Below are positions 8,216-17,918 of a stretch of 64,000 bases of DNA, one piece after another. Origin of the DNA: Methanobacteriota archaeon (lineage in GTDB: Archaea; Thermoplasmatota; Poseidoniia; Poseidoniales; Poseidoniaceae); the NCBI GenBank assembly GCA_038104845.1, contig JAYOBJ010000006.1, positions 10,994 to 74,993 on the forward strand. The letters are read 5' to 3'. The notes under the pieces are model-generated. The model did no database searches. It worked only from the letters and a program-made list of their open reading frames with translations, and was not told the DNA's origin. Each line of letters starts with the position of its first letter. Within the stretch, counting starts at the first letter, position 1. Made by a program: the position numbers and the translations under genes.

Positions 8216-9514
8216 TCACTCGTCCTCGCCATGAAGCCTTCGCTCATCGGCGGGGGAGGTGCTGCGAATCTCCAACGGGTCAACCTTCGTCGGCCAACGG
8301 CCCGCCAAGGGCCCCACACCCTCCCGAGCCAAGACCCCCAGCATCCCAACGAACGTGACGAGGGTGATGCCAACAACGGCATAGGTCATCCATACCCCGT
8401 CCCCTTCACCGGGTTTGGGTTCCACCAACCACGTGAAACGAAGGGAGGGGTCGTCGATAAAACGCTTGGACCACCTGAAGAGGTCCGTTGTCGCATGCCC
8501 CGCCACCGTGACAGCGGCCGAGTGGTTGTTCCAGAAGGCCGATTGACCGAGAACGTCGTGATCGATGCCAGAAGCATTCAGGTGAATCTCAACGGTTCGG
8601 TTGTTTTGAACCGAGAGCAGCACCGTGCCGTGTTCATCCTGCCGCCAACCTTCCATCGTGTTTTGTTCACCCTCAATGTTTGGAAGTTCGCCGTCCGGTC
8701 CAAGGACACGGGCCACGGCTTCGCCCTCGACATCAAGCATCCACGTCACAGGCAAGTTCCACACCATGCCGTCCTGGACCGCAGTGCATTGTTCGGTCAA
8801 CAGAGGGCGAAACCTCAGGACGCTCGTGTTGTTTCCATCGACATAGTCGTGTTGAAATTCAAAACACCGCTTGACCGCCCATGTGGACCATGCTTCACCC
8901 CAGGTGGTGAGCCAAACATTCTCTGCAGAGGTGAGCATCGCCACAACATCGCGATCGTGCCGAACGGTGGCATCGTTGATGCGACCCACCCAGTACATGT
9001 TGACCAAGCCCCCTGCTTCAACAGCGTTCCGTACGGTGTCAACATCAGCGATGCCCAGTTCGAGGCTCCCGCCACGCCGACCGAGGTTGAACCAGTCCCA
9101 AACATCGTGGGGTTCGTCGTCAGCATCGTGCCATGCCGACACCGACAATCCCGTTTGATCGCCATGGACGGCGAACCCTTGCCCTTGGACCGTCGTGTGT
9201 TGAGCCATGGTCAGCCCGCTGGGCGTGAAGGTTGAAATCGGTGCATCGCCCCATTTGCTTGCAGGCAACCGATCCTCGATGTAGCGACGGCAGGACGCAG
9301 CCACCGCACCGGGGTCGTTGTACCAGGAGAGATGGGGCATACCGTAGCAGCCGATTTCGTCACCCAGCATGACGCGGTCCAGACCGATGTTGTTGCTGAG
9401 CCAACCGTCTTCCACCCACGCCGCTTGGGCGAGTGCCACCGGTTGTGCTGAAACACTGACAAGACAGGCCAACAGGAAGACGGGCAACGCACGCCCCATC
9501 CGTGGGTGACCCAT
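8216..9514 (-). CDS. Secreted protein with C-terminal membrane anchor (hypothetical)
   Basis: Signal-peptide-like MGHPRMGRALPVFLLACLVSVSAQPVALAQA (ATG at 9514 or 9499). C-terminal TM WMTYAVVGITLVTFVGMLGVLA. I recognised no family motif. Confidence 0.6.
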   Translation of the reverse strand: MGHPRMGRALPVFLLACLVSVSAQPVALAQAAWVEDGWLSNNIGLDRVMLGDEIGCYGMPHLSWYNDPGAVAASCRRYIEDRLPASKWGDAPISTFTPSGLTMAQHTTVQGQGFAVHGDQTGLSVSAWHDADDEPHDVWDWFNLGRRGGSLELGIADVDTVRNAVEAGGLVNMYWVGRINDATVRHDRDVVAMLTSAENVWLTTWGEAWSTWAVKRCFEFQHDYVDGNNTSVLRFRPLLTEQCTAVQDGMVWNLPVTWMLDVEGEAVARVLGPDGELPNIEGEQNTMEGWRQDEHGTVLLSVQNNRTVEIHLNASGIDHDVLGQSAFWNNHSAAVTVAGHATTDLFRWSKRFIDDPSLRFTWLVEPKPGEGDGVWMTYAVVGITLVTFVGMLGVLAREGVGPLAGRWPTKVDPLEIRSTSPADERRLHGEDE

Positions 9515-9628
9515 GGTGAACTCGCAGGTACCCTCCGCTTTCACGGTTGTCATCGGTCTGCGGCAAAATCCACCCGCATCGGCTACAAAGGGAAGAAGGC
9601 TGAAAACATCCTCTCCCGAGCAAGGGTT

Positions 9629-10414
9629 GTGAAGACGGACGCTGAATTTGATGAAGCGTGGCAACAACTGGCGCCACATTGGTCCATCCAAGCGGCGGAT
9701 GAAGGCATCCCCTCAACGCCGTTGTACAGCGGTTTGCGTCGGTTCCTCTCACCGGCTTTGCGACCCTTGCTTCGATGGCGAATTTCCGGTGCGGGGCGTG
9801 TCCCACGCCACGGGCCCGTGATCCTCGCAGCCAATCACCTCTCCCACGTGGACCCTGTCGCCGTGATCGCCGCAGCCCGTCGGACCACGTATTACTTGGC
9901 GAAAGAGGGGCACTTCGAAAAACGGTTCACGCGGCTGGTCATGAACGCCACGGGCCAAATCGAAACCAAACGAGCCGAGGGCGGCACCGATGCGTTGGCC
10001 AGTGCCGCCACCGTCCTCGAGCAGGGGCAGGCCTTGGGCATCTTCCCCGAAGGCACGCGCTCACGAAGGACGGAACCACCGTTCATGCTGCCGGGGAAAA
10101 CCGGGGTTGCTCGCCTCGCTGCAGCTTACCCTCAAGCCAAAGTGGTGCCCATCGCATTGAACGGCACCCGCAGCATCATGGCGCCCAAAACGCACAAATT
10201 CCCTCGGCTATGGAAACGCTTCGAAGTGAACATCGGCCATCCAGTGAGCTGGTTGGAATGGTTGCAGCACCCGCAAGGCGGCAACATCAACACGCAGCAA
10301 TTGAAGGAACTCGGTGCACAGGACGAACACGAGGTACGCGCAGCATTGGCCCAACTTTACCGCTCGTTCACCGACCAAATGATGGGGTCCTTGCAGGCCC
10401 TTGGCGCACCCTGA
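9629..10414 (+). CDS. PlsC-type 1-acyl-sn-glycerol-3-phosphate acyltransferase-like protein
   Basis: HxxxxD box (AANHLSHVDP) and FPEGTRS box. There is no in-frame ATG upstream of the motifs, so the start must be GTG. GTG 9629 avoids overlap with the divergent gene; GTG 9506 is the track start. Confidence 0.75.
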   Translation: MKTDAEFDEAWQQLAPHWSIQAADEGIPSTPLYSGLRRFLSPALRPLLRWRISGAGRVPRHGPVILAANHLSHVDPVAVIAAARRTTYYLAKEGHFEKRFTRLVMNATGQIETKRAEGGTDALASAATVLEQGQALGIFPEGTRSRRTEPPFMLPGKTGVARLAAAYPQAKVVPIALNGTRSIMAPKTHKFPRLWKRFEVNIGHPVSWLEWLQHPQGGNINTQQLKELGAQDEHEVRAALAQLYRSFTDQMMGSLQALGAP

Positions 10415-10446
10415 ACGTTGAAATAACCTCGAACAACGAGGCCATT

Positions 10447-11205
10447 GTGGCTTTGGTGGACACCCCATTTGGAACCCTCAATCTTGACGGCGAACTCAAT
10501 CACATCAACCCTCAGCGGTTGCAGGCAGAACAACGCGGTATGGTGCTGCTCAAGGGCATTGTCGACAAGACGTCAACGTGGACACAACGCCGCACCCGCG
10601 CTTCGGGTAACGTGATTCTCGTTTCACAGGCAGGGGGCTATGAATTGAGGCTGGATGTGATTGGAACCGTGGAACGGTACCTCCTGCACAACGACCCTCA
10701 CCTTCGTCTTTCGTTGTTTCGAGGGAAGAACCGCACGGTGGGGTACTGCGAAGAAATATGCGTCCTGTTCAATCAGCAACATCCGGGTTGTGCCATCGCT
10801 GACGGCATCGTCTCGCTCGTCTTGCTCGGCGAAGCGGAATGGCCTCATCAGGCGACGCCACATCCGTTGCGCCGGTTCACCGAATGGGCCGAGCGGGAGC
10901 GCATCGCCCGCCGCTGGAAATTGGGCATCATTGAACTGACCGCAGAGGACATGGACGAGATCAACGACGTGCGCGAAGCCTTGGAACTCGGCGTCCCTCA
11001 TGCCGCTTTGGACATGCTGTGCGCCTTCGCACGGCGCTGCTACACCTGCAAAGGCATGGACATTGAGGACGTGAGCCTTCATTTGAGGGGCCTGTTTGAG
11101 GAAATCGATCCCAAGGACATCGCTGCGTACGCCGCTTCGCCAAGCACGCCCAGCGACCGGTTGTTCTTACCCCTCGGCGGTGACGGTACCGCTGAACAAC
11201 CATGA
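10447..11205 (+). CDS. Hypothetical protein
   Basis: This is the 3' part of the 476-aa track ORF that does not overlap plsC. Candidate starts are GTG 10447 and ATG 10540. No recognisable motif. Confidence 0.4.
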   Translation: MALVDTPFGTLNLDGELNHINPQRLQAEQRGMVLLKGIVDKTSTWTQRRTRASGNVILVSQAGGYELRLDVIGTVERYLLHNDPHLRLSLFRGKNRTVGYCEEICVLFNQQHPGCAIADGIVSLVLLGEAEWPHQATPHPLRRFTEWAERERIARRWKLGIIELTAEDMDEINDVREALELGVPHAALDMLCAFARRCYTCKGMDIEDVSLHLRGLFEEIDPKDIAAYAASPSTPSDRLFLPLGGDGTAEQP

Positions 11206-11239
11206 AGTGCTGCCCTGCGAACCACACGGCGGTGAAGCC

Positions 11240-12034
11240 ATGCGCACCTACCTCGACCTGATGCAACACGTGCTCGACAACGGCGTGGAAAAGGGCGACA
11301 GGACCGGAACGGGAACCTTGTCTGTGTTTGGTCACCAGATGAGGTTTGACCTTTCGGAAGGGTTTCCAATGGTCACCACAAAAAAGCTCCATCTCCCATC
11401 CATTGTCCACGAGTTGCTGTGGTTTCTCAAGGGCGACACCAACGTGAAGTACCTCCAAGACAACGGTGTCCGAATTTGGAACGAATGGGCCGATGAACAC
11501 GGTGATTTGGGGCCAGTGTACGGGAAACAGTGGCGTGCTTGGGAAACCAAAGACGGTGCCATCATCGACCAGGTCAAGCAAGCGATCGACACCATCCAAT
11601 CCAACCCCAACAGCCGCCGAATCATCGTTTCCGCTTGGAACGTTGGCGAACTGGACGAGATGGCGCTGATGCCCTGCCATGCCTTCTTCCAATTCCATGT
11701 GGCCGATGGCAAGCTGAATTGTCAACTGTACCAGCGCAGCGCCGATGTTTTCCTCGGCGTCCCCTTCAACATCGCATCCTATGCGCTGCTCACGCACATG
11801 ATGGCCCAGGTTTGCGGCTTGGAGGCCGGTGAGTTCGTTCACACATTGGGTGATGCCCATCTTTACCTGAACCATCTTGAGCAAGCTCGCCTGCAAATCA
11901 CGCGAACGCCTTTCCAGCTGCCGACTTTGAAACTCAACCCTTCCATCACCGACATTGACGACTTCACCCATGAAGACATCGAAGTCATCGGTTATGAGCA
12001 CCACCCGCACATCAAGGCCCCCATCGCTGTTTGA
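11240..12034 (+). CDS. thyA: Thymidylate synthase (ThyA type)
   Basis: [38 protein letters not shown]..., PCH active-site region ([10 protein letters not shown]). 264 aa, like bacterial ThyA. Confidence 0.95.
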   Translation: MRTYLDLMQHVLDNGVEKGDRTGTGTLSVFGHQMRFDLSEGFPMVTTKKLHLPSIVHELLWFLKGDTNVKYLQDNGVRIWNEWADEHGDLGPVYGKQWRAWETKDGAIIDQVKQAIDTIQSNPNSRRIIVSAWNVGELDEMALMPCHAFFQFHVADGKLNCQLYQRSADVFLGVPFNIASYALLTHMMAQVCGLEAGEFVHTLGDAHLYLNHLEQARLQITRTPFQLPTLKLNPSITDIDDFTHEDIEVIGYEHHPHIKAPIAV

Positions 12035-12043
12035 GGTGTCGCC

Positions 12044-12514
12044 ATGCTCGTGATGATTTTCGCTTGTGACGAACAGAACGCCATTGGAAAGGACGGGCGG
12101 CTCCCCTGGCGGCAGTCAAGCGACCTTCAACACTTCAAACGAACCACCCTGCACCGGACCGTTGTCATGGGTCGAAAAACCTGGGACAGCCTCGGCCAAC
12201 CACTCCCCAACCGTCGCAATGTGGTGATGTCGAGAACGAACGTGCACGGCGACGTGGAACAGATGGATGAAGCGGCCGTGTTGGCGTTGGCCGAAGAAGA
12301 GGACGTGTACATCATCGGCGGCGGCGAAATTTACGCTTTGTTCATGGAGCATTGCAAGGAACTCTACCGAACCGTTGTTCACACAACGGTGGAAGGGGCC
12401 GATGCGTTTGCTCCATCCTTGGAGGGCGAAGGGTTTCACTTGGTGGGTGAACGGCATGCACCATCCGGTCCAAGAGACGACCACGCCATGACGTTCCAGC
12501 ACTGGATTCGCTGA
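12044..12514 (+). CDS. folA: Dihydrofolate reductase
   Basis: IGKDGRLPWRQSSDLQHFKRTT...VVMGRKTW, then IIGGGEIY. 156 aa, 9 nt downstream of thyA. Confidence 0.9.
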   Translation: MLVMIFACDEQNAIGKDGRLPWRQSSDLQHFKRTTLHRTVVMGRKTWDSLGQPLPNRRNVVMSRTNVHGDVEQMDEAAVLALAEEEDVYIIGGGEIYALFMEHCKELYRTVVHTTVEGADAFAPSLEGEGFHLVGERHAPSGPRDDHAMTFQHWIR

Positions 12515-12883
12515 TCAGTCCGGTCGATACGCCGTGACACGAACGCCCAACCTGCCCTGCAGTGCCTCGCGTTGCATGATGCGTTCGTACTTGGCTTCAA
12601 AGGCCGCCTTGAGGTCGATTTCCATCGCCAAACTGTGGCCCATCAAGAGGATGAGAACATCGGCCATTTCTTCGGCGCACGCCTCCAGCGGTTTTCCTTT
12701 GGTCACGGCGGCGGACAATTCACCCAATTCTTCGATGGTGAGCGCGAGCCGGTACCCCATATCGTGACCGTTTTGACCAGCAAAATCGTGTTTTTTGTGG
12801 AACAACGCCACGTTTCGCATCATGGATTCCCATTCGTTTTGAGGCTCGTGGGCCAGCCATGCTTCAACATCCTTCCCGTGCAT
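12515..12883 (-). CDS. MazG-like nucleotide pyrophosphohydrolase
   Basis: LTIEELGELSAAV...EEMADVLILL is the EExxE...ExxD MazG helix pair. The ATG at 12883 lies just after the stop of the upstream gene (12909). Confidence 0.75.
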   Translation of the reverse strand: MHGKDVEAWLAHEPQNEWESMMRNVALFHKKHDFAGQNGHDMGYRLALTIEELGELSAAVTKGKPLEACAEEMADVLILLMGHSLAMEIDLKAAFEAKYERIMQREALQGRLGVRVTAYRPD

Positions 12884-12908
12884 GAGCGTTCTGCATGCGG
12901 CCAGAGCA

Positions 12909-13685
12909 TCATCTTTTCTTGAGCAGCGCTTCAATGCAGGCCATGACCGGCTCAAGCCGCTGGTTGGCCTGGGCGGACACAGCACGATGGTCGAGCGCTT
13001 TGTCGGCTTGACCTGGCTCCCGACCCGCCGCCCAGTTGGACGCAATGCAGACGGCGGCATAAGGCAGGTTCAGCTCCAACGCCAGTTTGGCCTCCCGCGG
13101 CATGGTCATTCCCACCATGTCGCCACCGAGCCGCTGAATGGCATCGATTTCGCTTGGGGTTTCAAACTGGGGTCCTTGGGTCAACCAGTAAGTGAACCTC
13201 AGCGGTGCATCGTCCGCTGTGGCTTGTTCCCGGCGGAGGACCCGCTCCAGCTGGTCGTTGAGGGGGGTGGAGAACGGGGTGGTCGCCGATGTGAACACGG
13301 AGGCGTCATCGTGGAACGTGGTGGCCACACCGGTGAAATCGATGTACTGGTCGGCCAGCCCCACCGCACCGGGCGGAAATCCAGGATGAAGGGTGCCCAC
13401 CGAACACACCGCCAGAATTACATCCACGTTGGCGTCTGCCATGGCACGGATGTTGGCGCGATGGTTGATGCTGTGAGGGGGGCGCCCGGCGTCGCCGCCT
13501 CCGTGGTGCCGTTGAAGAAACACCAGGGTGTGTTCGCCTTCATCGATGCTGATGACTCGGAGCGGCACCTCGCCGTAGGGCGTGTCAACACGAACGGTGT
13601 CGTCGCGTGAGGGGTTGCCGATAAACGCGTCACTGAGGGTCAAGTTCACCAAACCCGTGCCACCGATCAACCCGAGCCGGACCAT
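12909..13685 (-). CDS. S-methyl-5'-thioadenosine / purine nucleoside phosphorylase family protein
   Basis: MVRLGLIGGTG..., FLQRHH, TMPREAKLA and typical length for the PNP/MTAP family. Confidence 0.85.
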   Translation of the reverse strand: MVRLGLIGGTGLVNLTLSDAFIGNPSRDDTVRVDTPYGEVPLRVISIDEGEHTLVFLQRHHGGGDAGRPPHSINHRANIRAMADANVDVILAVCSVGTLHPGFPPGAVGLADQYIDFTGVATTFHDDASVFTSATTPFSTPLNDQLERVLRREQATADDAPLRFTYWLTQGPQFETPSEIDAIQRLGGDMVGMTMPREAKLALELNLPYAAVCIASNWAAGREPGQADKALDHRAVSAQANQRLEPVMACIEALLKKR

Positions 13686-13737
13686 GAAGCGCCATCAAGA
13701 CGCGCCATGTCAATTCTGCGGCGCCGAAGCAGGGGCT

Positions 13738-14694
13738 TCACTCGTTGAGCCGGGCGATGAGGTCCGCCTTCTTGCCCGAAACCGGCTTGCCGGCGGCCTT
13801 CAGGAGTTCCTTCAGTTCCGACACCGTCATGCTGTCGTAATCGAGGGCATCCTCCTGTGCAGAGGGAGCGTCTTCGGCCGGTGCAGGTGCTTCGACCTCG
13901 GCCTCCACTTCAGCGGCGGGGGCTGGCTCAGCTGCTGCCTCAGCCTCGCCCTCAACTTCGCCGGATTCAGCGGCCTCTTCGGCCATGGCGGCGGCGAGGG
14001 CTGCTGCTTTCTTGGCCTTCAATTCAGCCTCTTCACGCTGCTCTTTGGCGTGGATCTCGTCCAGCGTGGGACCCGATTGCACCACGACACCTTCCTGCAG
14101 GAGCTGGCTCTTGCGGATGGCGACCGAGCGGACGGGGTAGATGGGCTTGACACCCTTGCGGATCTCTTCCTCAAGCGTTCCATCAAGAATGGCGGTTTGG
14201 ACTTGAGCGTAGGTGCTCTTGGCAGCGGAGGCGATGATGATTTCCCTGCATCGGGTCCGCATGTCCTGCTTCACCGAGGTTTGCACGCGCTGGGCCGTGA
14301 TGATGAGCGGCTTGACGCGAACGAGGTAACCGTCGGTGGTGACCACATCGACCACGTCGTCGACCTTGCCGCGGTAGCGGCGGATTTGGCGACGGGTGTG
14401 GTCGGTCTGGTGGTGGTGACCAATGAATATGGTCAAGGCATCCTGACCAACGCATTCGTGGACACGGAACCGGAGGATCACGTGCATTTTGGAGAAGTCG
14501 CCGTTGAATTCTTGCTGGGTCATTTCGTAGACACGGCCGACGATGTGCTCGTCGGATTCACCGAGTGTCTCACCAATTTTCTGGAAATTCCATGGATGAC
14601 GAGGGGCACGAATCGTGTACCATCGCTTCATCTTCCACTTGTCACGTTGCTTACGTGCTGCTGCACGTGCCTTTGCACTGATTTTCTTTGCCAT
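13738..14694 (-). CDS. rps3ae: Ribosomal protein eS1 (S3Ae) with acidic linker and C-terminal SAP/Rho_N-like domain
   Basis: MAKKISAKARAAARKQRDKWKMKRWYTIRAP... is the eS1 core (~215 aa). It is followed by an ~70-aa Glu/Ala-rich linker and MTVSELKELLKAAGKPVSGKKADLIARLNE. Confidence 0.9.
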   Translation of the reverse strand: MAKKISAKARAAARKQRDKWKMKRWYTIRAPRHPWNFQKIGETLGESDEHIVGRVYEMTQQEFNGDFSKMHVILRFRVHECVGQDALTIFIGHHHQTDHTRRQIRRYRGKVDDVVDVVTTDGYLVRVKPLIITAQRVQTSVKQDMRTRCREIIIASAAKSTYAQVQTAILDGTLEEEIRKGVKPIYPVRSVAIRKSQLLQEGVVVQSGPTLDEIHAKEQREEAELKAKKAAALAAAMAEEAAESGEVEGEAEAAAEPAPAAEVEAEVEAPAPAEDAPSAQEDALDYDSMTVSELKELLKAAGKPVSGKKADLIARLNE

Positions 14695-14842
14695 GGTGAT
14701 CAACTCGGTTCGTGTCTTGCGGGGGCTACCCCACTTGCAAGCCTGCGACCAACCTCCCCTATTTGAAGAAGCCTGCACCGAACTCAAATTCGGCGATCTC
14801 GTCCAACGACAACCTCATGTCGGTTGCTTCCCTCGCCGCGCT

Positions 14843-15289
14843 GTGCCCTTTCATCACGTGACATGGCGGACGACGGGGAGTGCCGTTTCCGATCCGGCCG
14901 TCATCGTTGAAGCGATGGCTTGGCTCGCAGGTGGAAACGACCGTATCGCTGAGGAGCGAAGCACGTCCTACCACGGATCACCGCTTTGGTTGGTGACGGC
15001 CACCCTTCGCAGCAAGCGAACCACGGTCGCCACGCTGGCTCGCCTCGGTGCTGACAACCTGCGCACCCTGATGGAGGAACGGGCGATGCGAACGGACGAG
15101 CACAACGTCCTGCACCTGCGATTGGACCTTCACGAACTCGTGGCAGGGCAAGCAGTCCTGGCCAAACCCAGCGATGTGCCGACCGTCAAAGGCCAAGCCA
15201 AATTGGCCCTCTACCCCGGTCAAGATCCCGATGAGGAATGGGGGAAGGCGCTGGAGCAAGCCCTGAAAGCAGCGGAGGAAATGGTTTGA
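14843..15289 (+). CDS. Hypothetical protein, weakly UPF0201/COG1931-like (predicted RNA-binding)
   Basis: Only a loose pattern match (VLHLRLDLHELVAGQAVL...KGQAKLAL). Start uncertain (GTG 14843 or 14858, ATG 14915). The stop overlaps a possible TTG start of the next gene. Confidence 0.35.
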   Translation: MPFHHVTWRTTGSAVSDPAVIVEAMAWLAGGNDRIAEERSTSYHGSPLWLVTATLRSKRTTVATLARLGADNLRTLMEERAMRTDEHNVLHLRLDLHELVAGQAVLAKPSDVPTVKGQAKLALYPGQDPDEEWGKALEQALKAAEEMV

Positions 15290-17442
15290 AGCGTCTGGCA
15301 GCCTTGTTGATGCTCTCGCTCCTCCTCTCGGGGCTTTCTGCACCCGCATCGGGAGAAGCCCACAGCGGTGAGGCGCCCATAGGGTGTGCAGCGGACCGTG
15401 CAAACTGGACCATTGGCTTGGTTCAGTGCACCAGCGAGGCATCGGTGGATTACGTGCTGTTTTCACCCATTCCTTCCAACACCACATACCTCATTGACCA
15501 AGAGGGGCGGCTGATCAACGCCTGGACCTCGCCGGGGGCTTACCGCCCCGCCCTCTCTGCCTATTTGTTGCCGGACGGCAGCCTGCTCCGCAGTTCAAAC
15601 ATTGGAACGGAGGCCGTCGGTAATTTCACCGGCGGTGGCATCGGTGGCAACATCGAACGCATTGCATGGAACGGGACGCTGCTGTGGTCGTGGAACTACA
15701 CGTCCGAAACGAGCATCTTGCACCACGACATTGAGCCCATGCCCAACGGCAACATCCTTGCCATCGCGTGGGAGGACATCCCTGAAGAAGACGCCGTTTC
15801 AGCCGGACGCAACCCCGCCATCGTCAGCGATTCACCGAACGGTGGCAACAACGTTTGGCCCGACCGGGTCATCGAAATTGAACCGGTGGGGACCAACGAT
15901 GCCAACATCGTGTGGACGTGGCGCGCTTGGGACCACCTCGTCCAGGACCACAACGCGTCCCTGCCGAACTACGGCGCCATCGCCGACCACCCGCGTCGGT
16001 TGAACCTGAACCACATCGGTGGCACCGGTGACCAACAAGGGCGAGCGGATTGGATGCACTGCAACGGTTTGGACTACAACCCCACCCTTGACCAGATCGC
16101 ACTTTCCTGCCGAAGCATGAACGAAGTCTACATCATCGACCACAGCACGACCACCGAAGAAGCTTCGACGGGAATGGGAGGCAACGCCGGTCACGGTGGT
16201 GATTTCTTGTTCCGTTGGGGCAACCCGCAGGTGTACGGGCAAGGCACAAGCGATGACCAACGTCTCTTCGCCCAGCACGATGTTCAGTGGGTGGCTGACG
16301 GCCATCCTGAAGCAGGGGGTCTTTCCGTGTTCAACAACGGCAACGGTCGCGCCGTGCCCTTCTCCTCGGTTGACATCATCCAACCCAACCTCGACAACGG
16401 GACGTACGAATTGAACGCAAGCGGCATGTTCGGACCGGATGAACCGGCTTGGTCTTGGGACATCGGCGAGGCCATGTATTCGGGTTCAATCTCGGGGGCT
16501 CAGGCCCTTCCCAACGGCCACATGTTGGTGACACACGGCACGGTCGGCACCCTCTACGAAGTGGATGAAGCCGGCGAGATTGTCTGGACGTACATCGACC
16601 CTGTTGGTCGCACCGGTGCGCACAACCAAGGTGAACCGGTGCCACCCGGCAACCGTGCGGGCACGACCTTGAATCAAATTTTCAAAGCGGTTCACTACGA
16701 CCGTATGTTCCTCCTGGAAACAGGCATGGATCTCACACCGCAAGGCTACATTGAAGCGTGGGTGGACGCTTGCCCGACGGTTGAAGCGTGGGGTTTGGAC
16801 ATCGACGGAGACGGTTGCGTGGACGACGGAGACGGGGACGGTGTGCCCGATTACCTCGACCTTTGCCTTGCTGGCGACGACAGCGTTGACAACGACATGG
16901 ACGGCGTGCCGGATGCATGCGACACACTGGTTGACAGCGACGGCGATGGTGTGGCCAACGAAGTGGACCGATGCGAAGGGCACGACGACGCTGTGGACGT
17001 GGACGACGATGACACGCCCGATGCATGCGATGACCTGATCGACAACGACGGCGATGGCGTTGCGAATGGTGACGATCGGTGCGAGGGGCACGACGACGGC
17101 GTCGACCTCGACGATGACGGCATACCGGATGGATGCGACGGCCTCATGGACAGCGACAACGACGGTGTGGCCGATGACGTGGACGCATGCGCAGGCCACG
17201 ACGACGGTGTGGACACCGATGCCGATGGCGTGCCTGACATGTGCGACGAGACACCCACTGGCAACCTGACCGAGCAAGATGAAAACCCGACCAACGCCAA
17301 CGGTTCGACCTCGTCAACCACCACTCAAGCATCGAGGGGAAGCTTTGACCTCACGGATGGTGTCACTGCGGCGTCGTTGGTCATCATCGGGTTGTTGGGC
17401 CTCCTCAGTTGGCGACGTTTCGGTGGCGCAGGGCCACGATGA
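15238..17442 (+). CDS. Secreted arylsulfotransferase (ASST)-like beta-propeller protein with thrombospondin-type-3 repeats and a C-terminal TM anchor
   Basis: Signal peptide LKRLAALLMLSLLLSGLSAPASG (the true start may be TTG 15286). ASST-like HHDIEPMPNGNILAIAWE. DxDxDGxxDxxD repeats. C-terminal hydrophobic helix followed by RR. Confidence 0.8.
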   Translation: MGEGAGASPESSGGNGLKRLAALLMLSLLLSGLSAPASGEAHSGEAPIGCAADRANWTIGLVQCTSEASVDYVLFSPIPSNTTYLIDQEGRLINAWTSPGAYRPALSAYLLPDGSLLRSSNIGTEAVGNFTGGGIGGNIERIAWNGTLLWSWNYTSETSILHHDIEPMPNGNILAIAWEDIPEEDAVSAGRNPAIVSDSPNGGNNVWPDRVIEIEPVGTNDANIVWTWRAWDHLVQDHNASLPNYGAIADHPRRLNLNHIGGTGDQQGRADWMHCNGLDYNPTLDQIALSCRSMNEVYIIDHSTTTEEASTGMGGNAGHGGDFLFRWGNPQVYGQGTSDDQRLFAQHDVQWVADGHPEAGGLSVFNNGNGRAVPFSSVDIIQPNLDNGTYELNASGMFGPDEPAWSWDIGEAMYSGSISGAQALPNGHMLVTHGTVGTLYEVDEAGEIVWTYIDPVGRTGAHNQGEPVPPGNRAGTTLNQIFKAVHYDRMFLLETGMDLTPQGYIEAWVDACPTVEAWGLDIDGDGCVDDGDGDGVPDYLDLCLAGDDSVDNDMDGVPDACDTLVDSDGDGVANEVDRCEGHDDAVDVDDDDTPDACDDLIDNDGDGVANGDDRCEGHDDGVDLDDDGIPDGCDGLMDSDNDGVADDVDACAGHDDGVDTDADGVPDMCDETPTGNLTEQDENPTNANGSTSSTTTQASRGSFDLTDGVTAASLVIIGLLGLLSWRRFGGAGPR
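16798..17250 (+). repeat. Coding tandem repeats (thrombospondin type 3-like Ca-binding DxDxDG motifs)
   Basis: Repeated D(S/N)DGDGVA(N/D)xxDxCxGHDDxVDxDxDGxPDxCD units are visible in translation. Confidence 0.7.
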
Positions 17443-17526
17443 GCGATTTCGCATGTACGAAACTCAAAATCCATCCTAACAAGCCATTAAGTAGAGCACC
17501 ACGGCTCGTAAACACGAGGAAACACC

Positions 17527-17802
17527 ATGCCACACATCGTCACCTCCGCCTGCGTTGACCACAAATACCAGGAATGCGTTGCAGTCTGCCCCGTCGAGGC
17601 CTTCCGTGAGGCCGATACCTACTTGATCATCGACCCAGATGAGTGCATTGACTGCGGTGCTTGCGTGCCCGAGTGCCCCGTGGACGCCATTTTCGCCGAC
17701 ACCGATGTTCCTGCTGAAGAAGAAGCATGGATTGAGCGGAACGCCGAAGAAGCCGTGGACGCCGACATCGCCGAAGGCGATTCACCTGTCCTCGCTGACT
17801 GA
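17527..17802 (+). CDS. Ferredoxin, 7Fe type ([3Fe-4S][4Fe-4S])
   Basis: CVDHKYQECVAVCP (Cx7CxxxCP) plus CIDCGACVPECP. 91 aa. Confidence 0.9.
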   Translation: MPHIVTSACVDHKYQECVAVCPVEAFREADTYLIIDPDECIDCGACVPECPVDAIFADTDVPAEEEAWIERNAEEAVDADIAEGDSPVLAD

Positions 17803-17918
17803 GAACCGCCAGCGTGCGGACCTGACGAAACGGTGTGAGCGAAAGCCAGACGCCCCGTTTTGCGGGACACAGCAAGCAAAGAACCAACCTTCTTGAAGGA
17901 ACGGCGACAGCCGACACC

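Noticed and set aside
8123-9235. 370-aa plus-strand ORF
   Set aside because: It is antisense to the secreted-protein gene, which has a clear signal peptide and C-terminal anchor. It has no motifs of its own.
9775-10446. 5' part of the 476-aa plus-strand ORF
   Set aside because: It overlaps the motif-supported plsC gene in another frame and is Arg/Pro-rich. Only the portion downstream of the plsC stop is likely to be coding.
13582-14766. 394-aa plus-strand ORF
   Set aside because: It is antisense to the eS1 gene and its acidic linker. The translation is low-complexity with no motifs.
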